Of a stretch of 64,000 nt of DNA, positions 23,735 through 36,226 are shown in pieces. The notes under the pieces were generated by a model. The model was not told where the DNA came from, did not search any database, and worked only from the letters and a program-made list of their open reading frames with translations. A program made the position numbers and the translations under genes. Numbering within the stretch: the first letter of the stretch is position 1; the number at the start of each line of letters is the position of its first letter. The DNA lies in contig NC_043019.1 of the NCBI RefSeq assembly GCF_006345805.1, forward strand, positions 6,881,360-6,945,359, read 5' to 3'. This stretch comes from Octopus sinensis (taxonomy: Eukaryota).

Positions 23735-24899
23735 ATATGTTTAAATTTGTTTGAGTGCTGTTACTTTGTCTGTACGTTTTTATGTTCATTAACTCCTATT
23801 CCCAGGGAATGTCCAAAGGGGGATGTCTATTTTTTAAAGAGCCGCTTAATTGGGGCCCGCTGATACCCCTATTTTTACTGCGTTTTAAAATAAATACATG
23901 GTATTGGCAACCAAATGAAGCAATGACAATGAGTTTCATACTCTGAACCCCCAGGGAGTATCACAAGAAGGGTCAATATCTGAAGGGCCTCTTAAATCTG
24001 GCCTTACTGACCCTCCGCCTATTTTTACTGTATTCACCTCACTCCTATGCTTATTGATTAATTGATAAATTGATTCTTTTTTTTTCTTTTTGGGGTTACG
24101 ACGAAAGCAGTTGTCGTGTTGGTGTAAGACGCTCGGGAGAAAGCTCTTAACAATAATTGTGTAACTCGTTGATGCGTAAGTGGAGAGATGAGAATCATAT
24201 GGTATAGATCCCATCTAGGCATTGGATTTTCACAAAAGCCAGTTTGTTTATTTGCCACTTCTTTGATGATATATAACATTTATTCGCATCACACGAGAAT
24301 AGACATACTTTATTTTTGTGTCTTGATTGAACCAATCGCATATATTTTATATGGCTCTTCAGGAGCTACAAGCAATTTCTGTCCATTTCTATAATGGAAA
24401 ATTAAGTTTAAAATGCTTTACAACACTATGTCTATATAGTAGTTATACAGTAGTTATATAATGTACCATTTCTCTTGATAAAATTGATATAGATTTTAGT
24501 AGTTCTTAGTCCTTATTGGGGTTGGTATGTACGCATTTTACAGACGCGCAGATCACTATCTATTATATTAAAAGATCAATCATTTTTGGCCACTAAAACG
24601 CATAAATTTCCAACATTATCAAACGCTAATCACTACTCACCTCGCCTACCCACCCTTCATATATACACACTAAAATGCACCCATGTTTAGCTTTGTCGTG
24701 CTTCTTTCCACATACCTATACACAGACACGCATGCCATACTAATTCTTACGTACCAGTGCATAGCTACTTGCACACGCAGACATGCGCAATCACATACAT
24801 ACATGTTGGTTGATAAATTTCTCGGAAACTTGCATAATTTTTTATATCGACGTCGCTTAAGTACCTCATTTGTTTTCGCTCCCTGTGGTCCTCAGTAAC

Positions 24900-25090
24900 C
24901 ATTTTAATAGGTAGGACATGCATGATATCGTTCGATGGTTTATAAATGTATACATCAAAGAGTTTTAGTCGGTGGCTGGAAATGCATGTTTTTGTTATAT
25001 TTCCTTTTTTAATCCTGTTTAATGAAATACAACTCCGCCGTGGCCATCCCGGATATTTTACGAGCATAGTCTCTATCAAAGAACACATCT
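24900..25090 (-). mobile_element. Possible RTE-clade LINE C-terminal fragment
   Basis: Minus translation CISSHRLKLFDVYI resembles the RTE IS..KL.LF..YI segment. Short match. Confidence 0.35.
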
Positions 25091-25146
25091 AAAGTATCTC
25101 AACTTCTCTTTCAAAAACAGAATCGAAGGCTCTTTCCGAACCATAT

Positions 25147-25327
25147 GCTCACAAGGCTGGTTTTCCGGCACTAAACTTGACGCCGGTCCGCTGCATGATT
25201 TCTAAGTTTTGCCAGCCGAGTGGACAGATGTAATGTGAAACGAAGTGTTTTGCACAAGAACAAATCGAATCTCCTAGTCCTCGAATCGAAGCTACAATCT
25301 TACGATGAGGATTCCAGCCGCCTAACC
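25147..25327 (-). mobile_element. tRNA-derived SINE family E
   Basis: Minus gaggagcgcgtggctgagcggttagg..agcttcgattcgagg is a tRNA-like head. Confidence 0.75.
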
Positions 25328-25464
25328 GCTCAGCCACGCGCTCCTCTTTCAACAGTTAGATATAATTACTTCTAGTTTAGGCACAAAACCAGCAATTTTG
25401 AAAGGAAGTGCCTAAGTAGATATTTTCGAGCTCCGTATTCAAATGGTGATAAATGTTTTTCGAC

Positions 25465-25625
25465 CACGGCGGTGGTAGTAGTGGAGCTTGTGACAGTGGT
25501 GGCGGTGCTGGTAGTGTTGGCAGTGGAGGTGGTGGTGGTGGTCCTGCTGCTTCTGCTCCTGCTGCTGGAGCTGGTGATGGTGGTGATGGTAGTGGCTGTG
25601 AGGCTTTTGGTAGCGGCTGTGAGGC
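25465..25625. repeat. Degenerate (GGT)/(GCT) trinucleotide repeat
   Basis: GGN/GTN periodicity adjoining a SINE tail. Confidence 0.8.
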
Positions 25626-25641
25626 GGATAATGCTCTTTAC

Positions 25642-26061
25642 CCTCTTACTATTTTACTTGTTTCAGTCATTTGCGTGTGGCCATGCTGGAGTACCGCCTT
25701 TAGTCGAGTAAATCGCCCCCAGGACTTATTGTTTGTAAACCTGTAACTTATTCTATCGGGGTATTTTGGCGAACCGCTAAATTACGCAGACGTAAACACA
25801 CCAGCATCGGTTATCAAGCGATGTTGGGGGAACAAACACAGACACACAAACACACACACACACACGCACACACACACACATATATATACATATATACGAC
25901 GGGCTTCTTTCAGTTTCCGCCTACCAAATCCACTCACAAATTTTTATTCGGCTCGAGCCTATAGTAGAAGACACTTACCCAAGGTGCCACTCAGTGGGAC
26001 TGAGCTCGGAACCATGTGGGTTGGTAAGCAAGCTACTTACCACACAGCCACTCCTACGCCT
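25642..26061 (-). mobile_element. SINE family B, full length with internal (CA)/(TA) tract
   Basis: Complete head (taggcgtaggagtggctgtgtggtaag), ggcaccttgggtaagtgtcttc CORE-like segment and tail. Confidence 0.92.
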
Positions 26062-26449
26062 ATGATGTTGCATAAGACACTAGAATTTGCCGTGTAATTG
26101 TTATTTAACGAAAAGGAATCCCCCTTTGAATACATCTTAACTGATTTGGCTTCGACAGACAACGATATATAATGTATTTCGTTTTAAGACAATGTTAGAA
26201 ATCGAACGTCTATGACTGGCATGACAAACAACTGGGTAGAGGCTACTTTTGTGAGGTCTTCGACAATAATGAAGTATTTTCTAATGAGAGGATGAGGGAT
26301 ATCACTTCATCTTAAGAATTCAAACTGCTTGCATCTGATATATGGTGCTAAATAATATTTAGTCTTATCGAATCGATAATGGTGAATAATTGACTTGGTA
26401 ATTTGAGAGATTGTCTCAAATCTTGCGGCAGTCATCCCGTATTAGTACA

Positions 26450-26459
26450 CACACACTCA

Positions 26460-26538
<79 letters not shown>

Positions 26539-26617
26539 TGTATTTATACACAGTGACTGTCACAATATATATGTATAGATACCTATCTAGATATGTATGT
26601 ATATATAACATTCTCTT

Positions 26618-26648
<31 letters not shown>

Positions 26649-26822
26649 TACGTATATATACATACATATGCACACACACACATATATACTTCGATATATA
26701 TATATATAAATAAATAGATAGATATAGATAGATAGATAGAGAGATAGATAGATAGATAGATATATAGATAGACAGATAGATATATAGATAGAGAGATAAA
26801 TAGATAGATAGATAAATAGATT

Positions 26823-26892
<70 letters not shown>
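26450..26892. repeat. (CT)/(CA)/(TA)/(TAGA)n compound microsatellite
   Basis: Directly visible. Confidence 0.95.
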
Positions 26893-26899
26893 GGCTCAC

Positions 26900-27100
26900 T
26901 GTGAAATGAACCAGTTAGTAAGAAATGTTGGTTAATTAGCCGCTTGGTTGATTAGCTAATCAGCTGTTTCCTTGAGAGACCTTAGCCAATCAGTCGCTAT
27001 GTTAATTAATACATCATAATCGTTTATGCACGTGTCCAGTAATCCATTTTTCTCGCTTTCTCGCCCTTTTACACAGCCGCCGCAGCTTCTCACCGTTTGA
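26900..27100. promoter_or_regulatory. Candidate cis-regulatory island
   Basis: AGCCAATCAG (26984-26993), CAGCTG, CACGTG, TAATTA twice and TAATCC in ~200 nt of apparently unique sequence between microsatellites. Confidence 0.25.
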
Positions 27101-27109
27101 CATCTATGT

Positions 27110-27284
27110 ATATATGCGTATATATACTCACACACATATATTTATGTATATATACATATATTGGCTATATAATATTATATATACATAGATACATATATAT
27201 ACATATATATATAATCATATATATATATATATATATATATACGTAGATATACAGATGTATAAATATATATATATATATATATTG

Positions 27285-27320
<36 letters not shown>

Positions 27321-27494
27321 GTGTCCATACATATTTGCGTATACGCTAGAAAGGAGACGATGTTACAAAAGGCAAGTGTACCGACAAGACTGACATCTAC
27401 CGACTAAATGAAGCGTAGAAGGAGACGTGTAGACAGAGATATCTTGATTAACGCTTTCACTCCCACTCGTTTATCATAAGTCTTCCATCTACAT

Positions 27495-27547
<53 letters not shown>

Positions 27548-27598
27548 TATACATACATATACATATATATACATATACTATATATATATATATTGATA

Positions 27599-27632
<34 letters not shown>

Positions 27633-27800
27633 CAATACATATATATATATATATACATATATATATGCATATACATATATATATATATATACATACATAT
27701 ATACATATATACATATATATACATATATATATATATATTATATATATATATATATAACATATATGTATATATATACATATACATATATATAATAGTAATT
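27110..27800. repeat. Long (TA)n/(TACA)n microsatellite
   Basis: Directly visible. Confidence 0.95.
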
Positions 27801-28428
27801 GCAATGCAATTTCCTCTTCAGCTGTTTCTCATTTGCATTATCTTTACCAAACAATGATTGTAAGAAGTAAGAAAGAATTAAAAAAATAAAGAAGAATTTT
27901 ATAATTATTTTCAACTTGATAACCTCCCGGTTGCCTGCAAATTACATTTGATATTACATCAATTTTCGCCTCGAGATAATTCTTTTGTTGCCATGTGTTG
28001 ACAGAATTACTATTGGTAATAAATGGAATACATCAGACAGATATGGAGATTTTGTTATAAAGTTTTAGTAAATAGTAAGTTAATTGCGATGGAGAATTGC
28101 TGAGACAAGGGCTTGTTATCTGAATATAACACACTATACCAATTAGCGGTTGTCTCTTTTTACACTTCTGCCTTTACCGTGTCCTGTGACTGGAAATGGC
28201 TGCTTGGTGGCTCGTTAAATTTTATTACATCCTCTATGATTGGGAGTAGGAAGCGGAAGAAATATTCTCAAACGTGAGATCTGGTCCGAATGCTTGCAGT
28301 CTTTTAAGCAATTATACAAGCAAAAGCGCATGAGGTTGTGGTACAGTAAACAATATCCTCGAACCGGAGATTGTTGCAGAATGAACTGGAATAATGACGC
28401 CCAGTCTAAATAGCATCGTATAATCAAT

Positions 28429-28839
28429 TCATCCGTCGTTGTCGACGAAGACCAAAGTCATCACATGGGAGGAGAGGACGGGGCACGGTGTGTCCAATTT
28501 TGACCAATCAGTCTGATGTGTGCTCGGAAAGCCCTGCCACACGTCCGGGGCTGGGGGTTTATTGAAACTGAAGGTAAGGTTTTGGCTCTGAATTGCGCAA
28601 TTTGCATTCTGTATGTCCCCCACCGATCCTGTTTTGTTCGTAGGACGTGTGACTTCTGTTGGTGCATCTTTGCCAAGCAAGGCGGTTTCGTGCTTGCTTT
28701 TCCTAAATGTCGAGGTTGGTCTCAAAGCTTCAGCGAGGCTTTCAGTGTTTCTTGAAGGGAATTTTCTTTTCACCTTGCGTGTATTTCCTTCCACCGTTTC
28801 GCTGTAAAACTGTTTAGTGTAGAATCGCATGTCAGGCAT
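28429..28839 (-). CDS. Candidate coding exon or 136-aa ORF of unknown function
   Basis: Longest non-repetitive ORF in the window, in a locally GC-richer block. Possible acceptor ttttacag|C at 28800 and AATAAA at ~28222. No recognisable domain. Confidence 0.25.
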   Translation of the reverse strand: MPDMRFYTKQFYSETVEGNTRKVKRKFPSRNTESLAEALRPTSTFRKSKHETALLGKDAPTEVTRPTNKTGSVGDIQNANCAIQSQNLTFSFNKPPAPDVWQGFPSTHQTDWSKLDTPCPVLSSHVMTLVFVDNDG

Positions 28840-29989
28840 TCAAAGGAAGTGGCCTGCCAATCTGGCTTGCGCTCTCATCAAAGGTCTGAAAATGCTTGAT
28901 AGATCAGATGGAGGCCATACTACTTCCCACCAAAGAGATTACAAAGACAATATGACTACAAAAAGTAATTTAAAATTCCTGAAATTCCCAATTGTTGGTT
29001 TATGTTATAGTTTTATTGTAAAATTTCAAATAGGTAAGATTACTTTAGGTGCTTTCCAGAAGAGAGCTCAAAGAACAAAAGAAGATCATGAAGAGTGTTA
29101 TAAAATTTGATAGGAAATCTTTCAATTCATTTTCGCTAAGTTTGATGAGTTGCATGCTTCGATGACGAGCTCAAAATGAAACGGAAAATGTCCATCATTT
29201 TTGTTTTTACACGTAAAAATGCATTTTCCTCGTCACATATTTCTGCTTTTAGATTTTTGATAGTTTTGCCTTAAATGTTTCGCCTAAACACACGCAGGCG
29301 CATGAACAAAGGAACACGCATACATATATTAATGCGCGCGCGCAAGTGTGTGTAAGTAATTATTTGAACTTTACAAAATATGTCAAGTAGTGTGCCGATT
29401 ATATCCCAACCGTAAGGAAGAGATGCAGAATGGGTGGAAAGGCTCGTTGTGCTGAATAAATAATCTTATTAATCCCATTTTCCGTTTCCTTCCTTTATTA
29501 TAAATACAGTTTCAGATGAGAAGCATTTGTCAAAATCAACAAGGTACCTCAGTTTATAAAGATATCTTATAGCACCATACTATTAAATCTTGCACAAATA
29601 AAATCCAAAATTTTACTACCACAAATTGAGTTCCTGTTCCATAACTAGCTCAATGGGTTGAAGATAATGAATGCTATTACAGTTGCATATCCGGAAGAAA
29701 GCCAATAACGTCTCCCGTTAGAAAATCTGGTGGATTTCATGAAAACATCGAATTTTCAAAAGGCACATAATTATATTTAATCGAGTGCTAAGAGTGGCTT
29801 TAATGCCTCTAAATGACTTTTAAGTTGATATTTTGATTACATATTTAGTATTGTGCGCAGAGGGAATTGGTAATAATATCCTCTGTTAGTTTCATACACC
29901 ATGGATCATAAATATATGTATGAAGATGCGTATATATATATATATATACATACATACATGCATACATACATTCACACACACACAAACAT

Positions 29990-30028
<39 letters not shown>

Positions 30029-30227
30029 ACATATATATATATATATTATATATATATATATATATAATATATATATATATAGGTGTACGTATGTATCCTT
30101 GTTCAACATGCCTGTGTTTTTGTCTGTGTGTATATACACGTGTATACAAACATTTATAAATACATTGCCAGTGTTGTGAGAGAAGCAGGTAAAAATGTAT
30201 ATACAAACACATACACATACATATATA

Positions 30228-30303
<76 letters not shown>

Positions 30304-30919
30304 TGTATAAACGTACATATAATTCATACATTTATACAGGTGTATGTATTAACATTCATATATATATATATATATATACATATACACATACATGCATGCA
30401 CACGTGCACACATACAGATACACACATACATACATATGTCAACACAATTGTATATTTATAAATGCATACATGCATGCATGTATATATGTATGTATGTATG
30501 TATATAGCTATCCATGTATGTACGTATGTACAAATGCCGATGTGTATACATAGCCTCTCCTACGACATAATTTCAAATCCAAACATCAATGTCGATATCA
30601 TCAGAATTGATTGTGGTCGTTAAGTATCCCATAATTCGAATTTCAAATTTGAAATGCGTTTATTGACATGTCAACCTTATGATCTCTGTGATATTACACT
30701 TGCACGATATTAGATATTAAGTATATCCAATATCCTTTTACGGTTTTCCAAATGAAAAGGATATCCTAAACAATGGTAGTTTATATTAGAATTATTGCAT
30801 TTTAATTACGATTGGAACATACGCCTTTTCCCTCTATACGATTCCCGGTTGACAGGAAATGTTGCTGTACAAGGAAAAATGGAAATTATCTGCTGTCTTT
30901 AATATCGTATTCCTATTGC

Positions 30920-30923
30920 AATG

Positions 30924-30987
<64 letters not shown>

Positions 30988-30992
30988 TAAAG

Positions 30993-31063
<71 letters not shown>

Positions 31064-31088
31064 TAACGATAATAATAATAATAATAAT

Positions 31089-31132
<44 letters not shown>

Positions 31133-31152
31133 TAACGATAATAATGATAACG

Positions 31153-31205
<53 letters not shown>
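30920..31205. repeat. (TAA)n microsatellite
   Basis: Directly visible. Confidence 0.97.
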
Positions 31206-31207
<2 letters not shown>

Positions 31208-31208
<1 letters not shown>

Positions 31209-31437
31209 GGCATGATAAAAAAATATTCAGACAAATACATAACAAAAACACCAGGACTTACAAACACATATAACATACAGAAAATTGCACTACTAGGCAC
31301 TGCACACATCCTACGCAGAACACTTTCCATACAATAACCATCAGAGCATCACAACAAATCACAGCACATACCCAAGGCACACAGAGCTGCGCTCGGTAGT
31401 GAAGTGAAAGCACGCTATAAAAATAGAACTACTGAAT
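31208..31437 (+). mobile_element. R4/Dong-clade LINE 3' end inserted in (TAA)n
   Basis: Encodes ..YNIQKIALLGTAHILRRTLSIQ* plus 3' UTR. TAA repeats on both sides; ~99% identical to 38774-39000. Confidence 0.9.
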
Positions 31438-31464
31438 AATAATAATAATAACAATAATAATAAT

Positions 31465-31585
31465 GGTCACATCTCACTCCTCTGGATCTTCTCTATTCAA
31501 ATTGAGAGAAAGATAGATGCAAATAGGCCAGATATCATATTTTAAGTCTTCAAACAAAAACCCCTGCTATGTTGTCATGACGTTC
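31465..31585 (+). mobile_element. Older R4/Dong fragment (RLE region)
   Basis: Translation LWIFSIQIERKIDANRPDI resembles LWD..IQTD+.I.ANRPDI. Confidence 0.65.
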
Positions 31586-31994
31586 CTTATATTCTTTCTG
31601 GGTCATTGGTGTACATTGCCTGATGATATGCCATACAGTTTCACCATTTTGTTTACAGATTCTTCACTTATCACTTTCTGTTTTGCTGTCTATTCTGCAT
31701 TTGATGTAATTTGTTCTTAATGCTTGCTCTTAGGCAGCACAGATTAGAGCCTTCGTATATGGTTTTAAATCACTTTTACTAACATAATTTTAAGTATGTG
31801 AAAGTCCCAAATCTGTCATTCCCGTCATTATATTATCGTATCATGGTTAACACTGGGTAGACATTGATGTGTGCTTAGCTTCTCCTCCCATCCTTCATAT
31901 ATTATATATTTTTTCTGTTGCACTTCATGAATTTACTTTGATGGTTCTTCATTAATTTTTCTCATGCGCTGTTATCAAAATATTTCAGTATCAC

Positions 31995-32345
31995 TTATGC
32001 AGTAAGGACTCCAAATTTGCCATCAAGATGTAGGACAAGATACTGCAATAGCCTGGGCTTCAGAGGTCCACAGCTCTTCAATATCCTCCCGAAGGACCTG
32101 AGAGACCTGCATGGGGTGGATGTAGGTATCTTCAAAATAAAGCTGGACCTCTTCATGTCAGGTGTCCCAGATGAACCAACTTCGCAGCAGGAGGTGCAGA
32201 TGAGGCCATCTGCATCAAACTCTCTCATGCACCAAATGTCAATTGCTAAAAAGTATTCGTGAAGTAAAATCATTTAGCAACACCAAATGGCGGTGCCCCA
32301 GCATGGTCACAGCTCGTATGCTGAAACTAGATGAAATAAAAGAAA
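31995..32345 (+). mobile_element. 3' end of a second CR1-like LINE family
   Basis: RYCNSLGFRGPQLFNILPKDLRDL..FKIKLDLFMSGVPDEP, then tail ggcggtgccccagcatggtcacagctcgtatgctgaaac. Confidence 0.85.
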
Positions 32346-32469
32346 TAATAATAGTTTGTTTATTGTTTCCGTCAGTGTTATGATGTGTCTTCTCTATTGT
32401 CACGCCCCACTCATTCCTAGTGCCATGCCCCACTCAATCTTCTCATATATTGCCCATGTACTCGCTCAG

Positions 32470-32640
32470 CCTGCTATCAATTTAACATGATACGTTAGAA
32501 GATACCATTTGCGATTGCAGTTTTCTCCTAATTTCTGTCGATTCCCACTTGTACTCAGGACAATCTATCTGTCACTCATTCCTCTGGCCTATATCTGTTA
32601 AAGCACCTAAATACAGAAAACGATCTACAAATTGAAGAAT
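32470..32640 (-). mobile_element. RTE-clade RT fragment
   Basis: Minus translation VDRFLYLGA...EIRRK resembles the VD.F.YLG...EI.RR segment. Confidence 0.5.
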
Positions 32641-33044
32641 TTGTCTTAATTGTGTTATATTTGTGTTTGATTGTATTTCAGAAATAATTTTGCAGTCCTT
32701 CAAAGAGTTTCCTTGTTGCATGTGATACATTTTTTTTTTTGAATCGTGTGAATTATATTTTAGTTTTCGAATTGTTGATTATATTTCATAACTTCAAATC
32801 TTGCTAACACTTTAGGCTGAGAATATTCTAACACTAACATATTACGGAGACAACCAGATTGTTGATAGGAAGTATCTCGGATTTGTTTTGAGATGAAGTC
32901 TAGTTCTACGTTTGAAACTAACGCGCCTCGACCTACGCAAAAAGATGTTTCATGTTCGTTCTGTGATAATTTTTTGGCGAATTCAGTCAGGTCTAATTCT
33001 TAACCAAAGAAATAATATGGAAATCGAAGAATTCCTTAGTACTG

Positions 33045-33066
33045 TTACAACAACAACAACAACAAC

Positions 33067-33097
<31 letters not shown>

Positions 33098-33161
33098 GTA
33101 CTACTACTACTAATAATAATGATAATAATGATGATAATAATAATAGTAATAATAAAAATAA

Positions 33162-33197
<36 letters not shown>

Positions 33198-33250
33198 CAG
33201 CAGCAATAATAATAATAATAATAATAATGATAATAATAATGATAATAATA

Positions 33251-33281
<31 letters not shown>

Positions 33282-33475
33282 TAACAATAATAATAATAAT
33301 AATAACAATAATAATAATAATGATAAAAACAATAATAATAATAATAATAATAACAATAATAATAATAATAATAACAATAATAATAATAATAATAACAATA
33401 ATAATAATAATAATGGTTTCAAAGTTTGGTATGCGAAAACAAAATAATAGTAATAATAATAATAATAACAACAAC
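33045..33475. repeat. (CAA)/(TAA)/(TAG) trinucleotide array
   Basis: Directly visible. It produces the poly-I/poly-L ORFs. Confidence 0.97.
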
Positions 33476-33615
33476 GAAAGCACTCGTCTTATATCCCTTT
33501 GTTGTTCACCAATTGGTTGAATATATAACTAAATAACTGATCAATTGTTTTGCTGATGAAAAAATGATCCAGTTGTTCGTTAGTCAATTTTTTTTTGTCG
33601 CTTTCTGAGACCTCA

Positions 33616-33625
33616 GTGACGTCAC
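33616..33625. promoter_or_regulatory. Full palindromic CRE (GTGACGTCAC)
   Basis: Exact TGACGTCA at 33617-33624, with AP-1 TGACTCA nearby (~33750). Function is unproven. Confidence 0.25.
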
Positions 33626-34391
33626 GCTCAGTCTACGAAAACGATGTAAGCTTCTATACTGTCAGGATTGCATTTTATTTCCCCGGAATTTCCGACTGTA
33701 TCGATTGAAAAGTAACTATAAATTACAAAACCGTTTAAAACCGCTCCGCTGACTCAACAAAATTATTTCATATCATTGAAAAAATCGTTCACGAATCTGT
33801 TCTAGCAGAAGTTACTACAGTTGAAATGGACGCGATTCCTTTGGACAGAAATGTCCCACAGAAAGAAAACAAACAAACAAAAACAAAAGAAAATTGTCTT
33901 TGTTTATAGAGACAGAGACTGAAATTTGAAGAAATAACGAAATAACGAAATAACTTGCTATTGATGGATGTTTCAAGAATATTCTTTACAAAAATGTGAG
34001 TATTAGAAAAGCCATTTCAGATTGACATAAGGATTTCCTTTTGCCGAAGAACGATTTTTATTTAACGCAGAGGAATCAACGTTAATATAATACGGCAAAA
34101 CAATCTGTGAAGTTTCAAAAGAAAGAGTAACTCTGTAAAGGTCCTTATTCATTAGGAACAAAGGTTCTCAACTGGGGTCCGCATGACGCTTGGGGCTCCA
34201 TAAAGGTATTTGTTATTAAAAGTTATTCGCTATAAATTGGATAAACTTCTACAATGCTTGAAATATTAAACATTTTCTGACTACTGCTATGCTGCGGAAT
34301 CATCTCGAAGAAATGGTAGTCGAATGAATCAACCCCTCCCCCACTGTTCATTCGTTTTTTTAAAGTCTTGTTCTTATTACATCGCATAAGA

Positions 34392-34939
34392 CGTAAACAT
34401 GCCAACTGTTTACAGAAGCGTAAACATGCGATCAGTTTAAAGAAACCTAAACATGCCAACAGTTTACAGAAACGTAGACATGCCAACAATTTACAGGAAC
34501 GTGAACATGCCAACAGTTTACAGAACCGTAAACATGCCAACAATTTACAGGAACATAAACATACCAACAGTTTACAAAAACATAAACATGCCAACAGTTT
34601 ACAAAAACGTAAACATGCCAACAGTTTACAGAAACGTAAACATACCAACAATTTACAGGAACGTAAACATGCCAACAGTTTACAGAAACGTAAACATGCC
34701 AACAGTTTACAAAAACATAAACATGCCAACAGTTTACAACAACGTAAACATGCCAAAAATTTACAGGAACTGAAATATGTCAACAGATTATAGAAGCGTA
34801 AACATTCGAACAGTTTACAGGAACGTGAACGTGCCAACGGTTTACAGGACATAAACATTCCACCATTTTCTGAGAAACGTAAACATACCAACAGTTTACA
34901 GGGACATAAACATGGCAACAATTTACAGGAACGTAAACA
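34392..34939. repeat. 27-bp minisatellite, ~20 copies (consensus CGTAAACATGCCAACAGTTTACAGAAA)
   Basis: Units read directly. Each contains an internal GTAAAC..GTTTAC inverted repeat. Confidence 0.95.
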
Positions 34940-35129
34940 GGCGCAGGAATTAAATACGAACCAATGTGTGGCACAGTGGCACTAAATCTAAAGGCCATGC
35001 TGTTGCAAAGAAGCTGCTTTACTCTCAGCCTCCGAAGACGATGCTGGAACATAGATTCTGTGGTAACGAATCTTATCTATAAATTTGTCAATCGGCAGTA
35101 AATGGAACACAGCAAAATAACTTCTGTGT

Positions 35130-35530
35130 AGCGTAGGACGGTTAAAATGAAGAACATTGAAGCATTGGTAATGCCATTACAAATGTGAGATGTCAGTTTG
35201 TTTCGTAATATTTCCATCCAAAAATGAAATATTTCAGAATTACGTTAAAGAAAGGCATGCTCATGAATTGCAATTAATGAATCACAGTTAGACAAGATGG
35301 AGTGGTTTATTTATGATGTTAGCATGGCTCTTGTTCCTTAAAAGATTATGATCGATGTGAAGCAAGTTTTTCACTTCTCAGACAATAAATTGAATGCCAT
35401 TCATGTTGTTATATCAGCATTAGCACCAATTAAATTTGGAGCAGAAAACCTGCTCCGAAGAGATGCATCTTTAATTCCTGCAGAAAGCGTATTTGCTTTT
35501 ATTCAAGAAAAATTGAATCGGGAAATATTC
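35130..35530 (+). mobile_element. hAT-superfamily transposase remnant
   Basis: KNEIFQNYVKERHAHELQLM.HS*TRWSGLFMML, then IDVKQ..ISALAPIKFGAENLLRRDA. Contains the hAT TRW motif, with stops and frameshifts. Confidence 0.7.
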
Positions 35531-35859
35531 AAGTGTTTCTCTCGCTGCGAGAATGTGTCGCGATTCTAATCACTTCGAAAAGAAATAAGAATGTCGTTGG
35601 ATTGAAGAAGTATTTCTCCTTCAATTTGGAATTCATTTGCCTGATTTTCGACTTTACCAGAAGAACTTTCATCACAGAGTATCTCAGAGAACCAGCATGA
35701 AAAGATATTCATCACTTTCCTGGAAAAACTTCCTACTTCCCTTTGCGAAATCAAATACATGATAATTGCAGCATCCACTCCATCAAAATTAACATCCATA
35801 CTGCAGCGGTGAATACTCTCATCGCGAAAAGATGTTGATCACCCTCAAGCGATGGTTTA

Positions 35860-36206
35860 ATCCCACGTGTTTTTGCAGCAGAAAGTCAAAACGTAAGGAC
35901 ACTCTAACCTCGATATGAAATCAGAACAGTGTATACGGTTTCACTTCGCAATAATCAGCAGAACTCGTTGGTCGTAGCCACACGTGTACACTACCCCAAC
36001 CTCAAACCGGGACGGACTCTCCCTAAGAGATCCCGTCCAACTACCTGTTGCCTTTCACGTCCTGGCGAAGAAGGAGACTAGTCATATGATTCTGCTTCTT
36101 GACGTGACGTCACTTCACCTCGCTTTCCGTCCCGCCGCTAGGCTTCACCCCTCGCTTCTAGTTCCGACGTCTCCCTTAATTTCCCTGCTATTTTCTTTCG
36201 AAAACA
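35860..36206 (+). promoter_or_regulatory. Candidate promoter region
   Basis: CpG-richer island with CACGTG at 35864 and 35981, TGACGTCA at 36105-36112, and a pyrimidine tract before an ATG and splice donor. Confidence 0.35.
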
Positions 36207-36226
36207 ATGTCAAACTTTGAAATCTG
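36207..36226 (+). CDS. Candidate first coding exon (MSNFEI-, phase-2 donor)
   Basis: AAAACA-ATG (A-rich start context), followed by TG|GTAAGC donor. Confidence 0.3.

Noticed and set aside
25453-25746. Gly/Ala-rich 97-aa ORF
   Set aside because: A degenerate GGT repeat running into an antisense SINE B tail.
34223-34921. 232-aa Cys/Leu-rich ORF (CKLLACLRF)n and the opposite-strand (RKHANSLQK)n ORF
   Set aside because: Both arise from the 27-bp minisatellite. Several frames on both strands are open, and there are no splice or promoter signals.
35878-35897. Possible 11/14-nt microexon (tttttgcagcag|AAAGTCAAAAC|gtaagg)
   Set aside because: Isolated signals that are not frame-symmetric and have no supporting neighbours.
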